This document shows, in pieces, positions 25,551 to 32,000 of a DNA stretch of 32,000 bases. The notes below the pieces were generated by a model. The model saw only the letters and a list, made by a program, of their open reading frames with translations, was not told the DNA's origin and searched no databases. Location of the stretch: NCBI RefSeq assembly GCF_032334135.1, contig NZ_JAVXUS010000005.1, positions 158,618 through 190,617 of the forward strand, written 5' to 3'. How positions within the stretch are numbered: the first letter of the stretch is position 1; every line of letters begins with the position of its first letter. The position numbers and the translations under genes were made by a program. The stretch is from Halomonas sp. I1. Its GTDB lineage: Bacteria > Pseudomonadota > Gammaproteobacteria > Pseudomonadales > Halomonadaceae.

Positions 25551-26754
25551 TCCCGATACCCGATACCTGCAATCGCCAGAAGAAGTCCTCCGTCGGCAGA
25601 TTGCGCAGGGTGACCCCCTGGCTCCCCGAGAATGACCGGCTCATGAAGGGGTCATTGAATGTCTCGTCTTCGGATAACTGTAGGCGATATTCCAGGCTAG
25701 GGATATCGGTCCAGTGGAAGACGTAGCCACCCTCGGTGGTCTCCAGGCTTGCGTTTACCGGACGATGCAAGACCAGTTGGCGGTCGTAGAGTCCCTCGAA
25801 GCCCTGGGCGTCGACCGCAGAACCGCGCGCATAGTAGAAACCTTGAGGGACCGCCTCGAAGGTAATGGAGCGTGAGTCGCCACGCTGCTCGCGAAAGATG
25901 GTCTGGAAGTCGGGGTCTCGTGCCAGTTGCACTCGATAGGTTTCGGCACCTGAGACGGCTGACAAGTCAACCTGCAAGGGTTGATCGAAGGGAGAATCGT
26001 CTTCCTTCAGAACGGGAGCGGGGAGAAGGTCGGTAATCTGGGCGGGGGACGTTGAGCTCGAGCGTGCCCCCTGACCGGCGGATACGCTGGTGGTGCGTTC
26101 TCCTTGGCTCAAGGCCACTTCGCCTTCCAGGGTACTGACGCGCGTGCCGTCATCGGCATATGTTACCCGAAAATGTGTACCCCGCACCCCGACGATCCCT
26201 GTCGGGGTGTCGATGCTCAGCACCTCGCGATGGTCGCGTTGCACCGGTACCCGAGCTTCCAGTTCGCCACGTTCAAGATAAAGGCGAGTGCTACGACGAT
26301 CCTGTCGCTTCAGGACCGCTCGAGAACTGGAGGGCAATACTACGTCCTCGCCATGGGGCAGGCGCAGCGATACGAAGGCATGGCTCGTGGTTTCCACGGT
26401 ATCGCCGGGGACAAGAGCCATGTCCTCGCGCAGCGAGATACGTTCGCCACTGTCCTTGACCAACCAGGCGGTGCCTTCCCGATGTCGAACCTCGGCGGTC
26501 AGATCGGGCAGGGGCGGTAGATCCAGAACGTCACCGGGCTGTATATGGCGAGGCTCCCTCACCCGATTGGCATCTCGGACGATAGGCCATTCCCTGGCTT
26601 CACCGCGGTAGCGTTCCGTGATCTCCCAGAGCGTATCGCCTGGTTGCACGCGATAGCGCTCGGACGAGATGTCATTATCGGCGTGTGCCGCCGAAACGAG
26701 CAATATGGCGGTAAAACAAAGCCCCGTCAGGCCATATCGATACCACTTGTTCAT
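25489..26754 (-). CDS. Secreted LysM plus FecR-domain protein with two C-terminal beta-rich repeats
   Basis: GGAG lies 7 nt upstream of the ATG. The signal peptide is ...LLVSAAHA/DND. The LysM block is YRVQPGDTLWEITERY...IQPGDVLDLP. FecR-like blocks are ISLREDMALVPGDTVETTSHAFVSLRLPHGEDVVL and TPTGIVGVRGTHFRV. The 3' end overlaps the kinase start. Confidence 0.8.
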   Translation of the reverse strand: MNKWYRYGLTGLCFTAILLVSAAHADNDISSERYRVQPGDTLWEITERYRGEAREWPIVRDANRVREPRHIQPGDVLDLPPLPDLTAEVRHREGTAWLVKDSGERISLREDMALVPGDTVETTSHAFVSLRLPHGEDVVLPSSSRAVLKRQDRRSTRLYLERGELEARVPVQRDHREVLSIDTPTGIVGVRGTHFRVTYADDGTRVSTLEGEVALSQGERTTSVSAGQGARSSSTSPAQITDLLPAPVLKEDDSPFDQPLQVDLSAVSGAETYRVQLARDPDFQTIFREQRGDSRSITFEAVPQGFYYARGSAVDAQGFEGLYDRQLVLHRPVNASLETTEGGYVFHWTDIPSLEYRLQLSEDETFNDPFMSRSFSGSQGVTLRNLPTEDFFWRLQVSGIGNDAVDSTVVASGRQGAARQP

Positions 26755-26859
26755 CTTTTCACTCCTGTGCTCGACATCGCATGAAGGAGATAGGTCATCG
26801 TGAAAGTATGTCTAGCATACGCTAAAGCGCGTCGAAACGTAGCCTGTAAGTGACACTTG

Positions 26860-27140
26860 TTCATTGTTGCTTGGGATGGTTGGTAGTGACTAACTGTTTT
26901 TTGAATTATGAAGCCTTGTTGTGGGGCTTTGTGGTTTTTTTACAGTGTAGATGTTTTTTTGGTGCGTTGTTCTTTATTATTTTTTTTATGTCAGTGTGCT
27001 ATTAAATTCTAAGGTGTGATTATAAGGTTTTTTGTTGCTTATGTTTTTAAGGTTTTTAATGATTGTTTTGGTGGTGAGTCATTGATGAAGAAGGAGAGAG
27101 TTTGTGAATTTAGATGAATAGTTTTTTGCTCGGTCTTGGT
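26860..27140. promoter_or_regulatory. C-depleted G/T-rich divergent control region between the LysM-FecR operon and the adhesin gene
   Basis: My manual count for 26881-27120 is T 116, G 62, A 48, C 14 of 240. It contains T6-T8 runs at 26897-26902, 26935-26941, 26954-26960 and 26980-26987. Confidence 0.5.
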
Positions 27141-27358
27141 CATGAAATTATGTAACAGCCGGTTCTTGAGAGTGCTGGCTGTGCTAGCGTCTTTCTCCGA
27201 AATTATCCGTCTCTACGTTTTATAGGGAAATCAGACCCGAGCCTTTGGCGGGCGTGTTTATTAAATGCAAGCCGAGATACCAGGTAAGGCGTCTGCAACA
27301 TGCAAATGGCTTATCGGCGTCAACGACAGAAGGACGCTGAGTAGTCGGAGGAATCGTA

Positions 27359-30300
27359 ATGAATAAAGTGTTCCGTCTGGTCTGGAATCGGCATGTCGGG
27401 CAACTGGTCGTAGCCTCCGAGGCGGCGCGGGCGCGTCGCAAGGATGGAGGGGCAACTGGCTTGGTCGGCTCTTTGCATAAATCGGCGCTGGCGGTGCTGT
27501 TCAGTATGGCCGCCGTCGGGGGTGCTGTTACCGTCAGTCCGGCGTATGGTGTTCAGCTTGGTGGTGGCATCGACTGTACTACTGATGATGGTAAAACGAG
27601 GCTCGCCGTTGGCACGGATGCCAGGGCTTGTTGGGACTTCGCTACCGCCATTGGTAGTGAGTCAAAGGTCAATGGAGAATATGGTACGGCGCTTGGCAGG
27701 TCGGCATTTGCTAAAAAATCTGCAACTGGGTTGGGGGTTAACGCCACTGCCTGGGATTACGCGGTGGCCGTGGGGAGTCAATCGGAAGCGAATCCATATG
27801 GCGTAGCCGTTGGGCGGTATGCGGATGCAGGTGATAGCGCTGTGGCCGTTGGTCGTAATGCCAGTGCTGTTAGTGATGCTATTGCCGTTGGTCGGGGGAG
27901 TACTGTCACCAGCGAGGGTTCAGTGGCAATTGGTCAGGGTAGCGATGCGGGAAACGTTACGTTGATCAATGAGCAGCTTCCTGCTGATGTCTATCAGCGC
28001 GGTGTGGCGCTGGGGAAGGGGGCGAGTGCTGTTGGTTCGGTAGCGCTGGGGCATAATGCTAAAGCGGGAAAACCGGAGGAGGCGAATTCGGGGGCGTGGG
28101 TAGGAACCGCGATAGGTGCAGGGGCGCAGGCGCTGGCTCATCGGGGGATTGCTATCGGCTCTGCGCGTAACAGAAATACGTATGCGAGCGGTACAAATGC
28201 CGTTGCCATGGGGAACGCAGTAAAAGCCAGAGGTAATAACTCAATTGCCATTGGTAATAGCCAAGCTCCCGAGGATGATGGTACCTGGACAAACTTCACA
28301 CGCCACCGCGCTGATGGTGTTCGGGCGGTGGCGTTAGGGTACTCTTCACAAGCAGATGGTGATAACTCGATAACTCTAGGTGCTTGGGCGCGAGCTACTG
28401 ACCATTCTTCCATGGCCCTCGGCAGAGAGGCGACGGCCAACAATGATGGTGCCATGGCTCTGGGGTCAGAATCACAGGCTTCCGGTTATCGGGCCATTGC
28501 TCAGGGCGTGCAGTCCACCTCAACTGGCAATTCTTCCATTGCTCAAGGCAGAGAGGCTAAAGCTGATAATGATGGTGCCATAGCCTTGGGACCGGCGTCC
28601 CAGGCCTCTGGTTATCGAGCCGTTGCCCAAGGGGCGTACTCTGCCGCCGGTGGAGAGAGAGCCATCGCCATTGGGGCTGGTGCTGAGTCTTCGCATACCG
28701 ATAGCGTGGCTCTTGGCTCTGGCTCAGTAGCTGATGGTGGTGGCCTTGCCAATGCGCCTTATCAGCCCGTTGATGTTGACGGCAATCTGATGGCGGTAGC
28801 GGCCCCGACCGCCAGCAGTGAAGTCTCAGTGGGAGACGTTGGCGGTGAACGGCGTATTACCAATGTAGCCGCCGGCTCGGCGGATACCGATGCGGTCAAC
28901 GTTTCGCAGTTGGCCGCCGTGGATACCAAGGCGGATTATGCTAGCCAGGGCTGGAACCTTTCCGTAGCTGGCGGTGGTAGTACCAATGTCGCTCCGGGCG
29001 GTACTGTCGATTTTGTTGCCGGAAACAATGTCGACATTGTGCGTAATGGCAATCAGCTGACCTTCTCGGCAGCTGGTGGCACTGGTGGCGGCAGTGTGCA
29101 CTACTACAGTGTCAATGATGGTGGAACCCAGCAAAGCAACTACTATAACGGTGGAGCGGTCGGTGTCGATTCCCTCGCTGCGGGGACAGAGGCCTATGCG
29201 CAAGGGGCATCGTCCACTGCCGTCGGTGATAATACATACGCCCAGCAGGAGGGGACGGTAGCGATCGGACGGTCCGCTGGTGCTTATGGCACTAATCACG
29301 ATGCCGGACAGGATACCTACTTGTACGATCGGGGTAATCCCTATCACTACCAGACTGGCAATGGCGAAGATATCGGCGAAGATGCGCCGCGACTCTTTCC
29401 TGATCGCCCCGGGCGTGCTGTCTCCATTGGGAAAAACACTGAGTCACGCGCGGGTGGCGTTGCGCTGGGTTCCGATGCTTATTCGCATAACTTTGGGGTT
29501 GCGCTGGGGGCCAGCGCCAAGGTTGATAAAATCGCTGGCATGGCGATCGGCCCCTCTGCGTGGGCAGGCGGTAACACCAGCCTGGCCATCGGCCGTCAAT
29601 CCGCCGCGGTGGAAGATTTCGCGCAAGCCTTGGGTAACCAGGCAGCAGCCAAGGGGCGCGGTTCTTTCGCGGTGGGCCACTCTGCAGTGGCGGAAGGCAG
29701 TCGATCAATTGCGATTGGTACCGCCGATCTCGATAGCGCCGGAGATACGGATCACCAGTCCGGTGTGTTGTGGGCGGAGCAAGGGCGTACTGAAGCTCTG
29801 GGGCAGGATGCTGTTGCGATTGCTAGTGGTGCGGTCGCAAGTGCGGATGAAACGATCGCGATCGGTACCGATGCCATTGCAAGTGGCATCCAATCGATAT
29901 CCATCGGTACCGCTAACGAGGTTTCCGGCGATGCTTCCGGTGCCATCGGCGAACCTAACATTGTCACGGGAGCCGGCTCCTACGCGTTAGGCAACGACAA
30001 TACCATCGATGCCGACGAAGCAGGCGCCTTCGGTAACCGTAATATGCTGGCCGGTACTGCCGATGGCAGCCGTATCATTGGTAACGACAGCAATGTCGAT
30101 GTAGCCGATGCCTTCGTGATGGGCAACGGTGCGGATGTCACGGTAGCCGAAGGGGTATCGCTCGGTAACGGTTCGATTGCCGACACCGGGGCAGGCATCC
30201 AGGGCTATAACCCGATCACCGGCGCCGCTGATGGACTGGATCCGGCCATCGCCGCTACAGCTAGCACCACCGGAGCGGTGGCGGTCGGGGATGCCTATAA

Positions 30301-32000
30301 TGGCGTCTATCGCCAGATTACCGGTGTCGCTGCTGGTACCGAAGACTCTGATGCGGTCAACGTGGCACAGCTTAAAAGCGTCAGCGACGTGGCCAACGCC
30401 GGCTGGGACATCAGTGCCCAGGGCGAAAACGCGACCAATGTGGCACCGGGCGAGACCGTCGACCTGAACAACGACGACGGCAACATCGTGGTGAGCAAGA
30501 CCGCCGACAGCGATGACGTGACCTTCGACCTGGCCGACAACGTGACCATCGGTGATAGCCTGACCGTCGAGGGCGACACCCATCTGGGTGACAACTTCGA
30601 GGTGGTCAACAACGAAGTCCACTACGATGGCCCGATCACCGATGAAACCCATGTCGTCAACAAGGAGTACGTTGATGGGGTGGAGACGCACTACTACAGC
30701 GTCAACGACGGCGGCGTGCCAAAGGGTAACTACGACAATGATGGCGCCACGGGCCTGGATTCCATGGCGGCTGGTGTGAATGCCAGTGCCGTCGAAGCCG
30801 GTGGTGTGGCGATCGGCAAGAACGCCACGTCCCTGGATCGCAATGCGGTCGCCATGGGCCTCAACGCCGAAGCATCGCACTCGGCCAGTCTCGCCTTGGG
30901 GCAAGATAGCGAGGCGTCTGGACAGAACTCCATTGCCATGGGTATCGACGCCAAGGCGACCGGCATCGATGGCATCGCTATTGGTAATGCGACGGATGCC
31001 GTGGAAAGCAGTACAGCACTGGGGGATCGGGCGGCGGCCGACCTTCTGGGCTCCGTGGCGATCGGGCAGCAGGCGCATGCGACCGATCAGGACAGCGTCG
31101 CGCTGGGTAGCTTTACGCAGACCTCGGAGGCCGTTGGCACCAGCAATGTCACGATCGACGGCATGACCTATGACTTTGCCGGCACCGATCCACTGGCGAC
31201 AGTGAGTGTGGGTAGCGATAGTTATAAGCGCACCATCACCAATGTGGCGGCGGGGCGTGTCTCGGAGTTCAGCACCGATGCCATCAACGGTTCTCAGTTG
31301 TTCGCCACCAACAAGGCGATCGAGAACGTCAGCGAAACTGCCAACGCCGGCTGGAACCTGAGCACTCAGGACGGCGCGGCTAGCAACGTGGCGCCGGACG
31401 GCGAAGTCAACCTGCGTAACGCGGATGGCAATCTGGCGATCAGCCAGGTGACCAATAACGGTCGCGAGGAAGTTACCTTCGACCTGGCCGACAACGTGAC
31501 CATCGGCGACAGCCTGACCGTCGAGGGTGATACCACGGTCAACGGTGACACCTACCTGGGCGACAACTTCGAGGTGGTCAATAACGAGGCGCACTACGAT
31601 GGCCCGATCACTGAGGACACCCATGTCGTCAACAAGAAGTACGTCGATGACTCGGGCGACGAGCTGATCGCCGAGGGCTTGAACTTCTCGGGCAACGAAG
31701 GCGAGACAGTCCACCGCGACCTGGGCGAGACCCTGGCGGTGACCGGCGAAGCCACCGCGGGCGACACCTACAGTGGCGCCAACCTGAAGACGGTGACCGA
31801 TCCGGCAACCGGCGAGATCGCGCTGCAGATGAGCGATCAGCCGCAGTTCGGCGACGTGACCATCAACGAGGGCGACAGCGGCAAGATCACCGGCCTGGCC
31901 CCCGGCGAAGATGGCACCGACGCGGTGAACGTCGATCAGCTGGAAGAGGTCAGCGACGTGGCCAACACCGGCTGGGACATCAGTGCCCAGGGCGAAAATG
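27359..32000 (+). CDS. Trimeric autotransporter adhesin (YadA/Hia-like), 3'-truncated by the window edge
   Basis: It is not in the track because no stop codon falls in the window; I spot-translated the frame at seven places and found it open. GGAGGA precedes the ATG. The extended signal peptide is MNKVFRLVWNRHVGQLVVASE. It has many YadA-head-type repeats (AVAVG, SIAIGN, AMALG, SVALG). Neck-type motifs include RRITNVAAGSADTDAVNVSQL, YRQITGVAAGTEDSDAVNVAQL and KRTITNVAAG. HYYSVNDGG and ANAGWN/DIS modules are also present. Confidence 0.92.
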   Translation, partial: MNKVFRLVWNRHVGQLVVASEAARARRKDGGATGLVGSLHKSALAVLFSMAAVGGAVTVSPAYGVQLGGGIDCTTDDGKTRLAVGTDARACWDFATAIGSESKVNGEYGTALGRSAFAKKSATGLGVNATAWDYAVAVGSQSEANPYGVAVGRYADAGDSAVAVGRNASAVSDAIAVGRGSTVTSEGSVAIGQGSDAGNVTLINEQLPADVYQRGVALGKGASAVGSVALGHNAKAGKPEEANSGAWVGTAIGAGAQALAHRGIAIGSARNRNTYASGTNAVAMGNAVKARGNNSIAIGNSQAPEDDGTWTNFTRHRADGVRAVALGYSSQADGDNSITLGAWARATDHSSMALGREATANNDGAMALGSESQASGYRAIAQGVQSTSTGNSSIAQGREAKADNDGAIALGPASQASGYRAVAQGAYSAAGGERAIAIGAGAESSHTDSVALGSGSVADGGGLANAPYQPVDVDGNLMAVAAPTASSEVSVGDVGGERRITNVAAGSADTDAVNVSQLAAVDTKADYASQGWNLSVAGGGSTNVAPGGTVDFVAGNNVDIVRNGNQLTFSAAGGTGGGSVHYYSVNDGGTQQSNYYNGGAVGVDSLAAGTEAYAQGASSTAVGDNTYAQQEGTVAIGRSAGAYGTNHDAGQDTYLYDRGNPYHYQTGNGEDIGEDAPRLFPDRPGRAVSIGKNTESRAGGVALGSDAYSHNFGVALGASAKVDKIAGMAIGPSAWAGGNTSLAIGRQSAAVEDFAQALGNQAAAKGRGSFAVGHSAVAEGSRSIAIGTADLDSAGDTDHQSGVLWAEQGRTEALGQDAVAIASGAVASADETIAIGTDAIASGIQSISIGTANEVSGDASGAIGEPNIVTGAGSYALGNDNTIDADEAGAFGNRNMLAGTADGSRIIGNDSNVDVADAFVMGNGADVTVAEGVSLGNGSIADTGAGIQGYNPITGAADGLDPAIAATASTTGAVAVGDAYNGVYRQITGVAAGTEDSDAVNVAQLKSVSDVANAGWDISAQGENATNVAPGETVDLNNDDGNIVVSKTADSDDVTFDLADNVTIGDSLTVEGDTHLGDNFEVVNNEVHYDGPITDETHVVNKEYVDGVETHYYSVNDGGVPKGNYDNDGATGLDSMAAGVNASAVEAGGVAIGKNATSLDRNAVAMGLNAEASHSASLALGQDSEASGQNSIAMGIDAKATGIDGIAIGNATDAVESSTALGDRAAADLLGSVAIGQQAHATDQDSVALGSFTQTSEAVGTSNVTIDGMTYDFAGTDPLATVSVGSDSYKRTITNVAAGRVSEFSTDAINGSQLFATNKAIENVSETANAGWNLSTQDGAASNVAPDGEVNLRNADGNLAISQVTNNGREEVTFDLADNVTIGDSLTVEGDTTVNGDTYLGDNFEVVNNEAHYDGPITEDTHVVNKKYVDDSGDELIAEGLNFSGNEGETVHRDLGETLAVTGEATAGDTYSGANLKTVTDPATGEIALQMSDQPQFGDVTINEGDSGKITGLAPGEDGTDAVNVDQLEEVSDVANTGWDISAQGEN
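30518..30677 (+). repeat. Intragenic adhesin repeat, copy A (stalk module VTFDLADNVTIGDSLTVEGDT...HYDGPIT..THVVNK.YVD)
   Basis: It is near-identical at the DNA level to 31472-31649, apart from scattered third-position changes and an 18-nt insertion in copy B. Confidence 0.85.
31472..31649 (+). repeat. Intragenic adhesin repeat, copy B
   Basis: See copy A. In addition, 30380-30431 and 31949-32000 (GTCAGCGACGTGGCCAAC[G/A]CCGGCTGGGACATCAGTGCCCAGGGCGAAAA) differ at only 2 positions. Confidence 0.85.

Noticed and set aside
27142-27225. 27-codon ORF (MKLCNSRFLRVLAVLASFSEIIRLYVL) upstream of the adhesin, and a 23-codon Cys-rich ORF at 14571..14642 after yrhK
   Set aside because: The first has no convincing SD and the second only a weak GAGAG. 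I cannot assess conservation, and their composition simply reflects the local DNA.
27230-27358. Possible c-di-GMP riboswitch or other structured leader directly upstream of the adhesin start
   Set aside because: Only imperfect pairing is seen (GCCGAGATA...TTATCGGC). I could not recognise the conserved GEMM-type core, so the evidence is insufficient.
29987-31714. 575-aa minus-strand ORF, plus several 60-240 aa ORFs on both strands between 27.4 and 31.2 kb
   Set aside because: They are antisense or off-frame to the adhesin gene. Their translations are low-complexity mirror images of the repeats (runs of V, D, G, A, I) and match no family. The adhesin frame carries all recognisable motifs and stays open throughout.
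1-32000. Search for tRNA, rRNA, CRISPR arrays, IS elements, integrases and toxin-antitoxin or defence-system genes
   Set aside because: By eye I found no cloverleaf-type conserved T-loop or anticodon arms, no regularly spaced direct repeats, no transposase or integrase motifs, and no nuclease, ATPase or defence signatures in any frame.

Overview
High-G+C proteobacterial chromosome segment. Protein similarities look gammaproteobacterial (Halomonas/Pseudomonas-like), but the taxon is inference only.

Positions 1-14.3 kb carry ordinary chromosomal genes: the rlmA 3' part, the yghU GST, a CspA-type gene, ldcA, and a divergent argP-argO pair with a textbook LysR operator. They also carry a TM-PAS-PAS-GGDEF-EAL protein, an NlpE_N+META lipoprotein, a YebC/PmpR-family regulator, an M24-fold hydrolase lacking canonical metal ligands, an MsbA-like ABC exporter and a YrhK-like membrane protein.

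Positions 14.3-32 kb are a cell-surface/biofilm accessory region with three parts.
(1) A pgaABCD (PNAG) operon plus a small lipoprotein ORF and an alpha/beta hydrolase. It follows a roughly 500-bp C-depleted G/T-rich leader. The block is bracketed by the 3' end of the yrhK-like gene and a diverged duplicate of that 3' end, which suggests an island.
(2) A BamE-like/degenerate OmpA-like lipoprotein, convergent with an operon encoding a secreted LysM-FecR-domain protein and a CHASE2 sensor histidine kinase. No response regulator is present in the window.
(3) A second C-depleted G/T-rich intergenic region, followed by the first 1547 codons of a giant trimeric autotransporter adhesin with near-identical intragenic repeats.

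I recognised no rRNA, tRNA, CRISPR array, transposase or integrase. Many long track ORFs are antisense or off-frame artefacts of high G+C. All similarity statements rest on my recall of family motifs; no searches were run.
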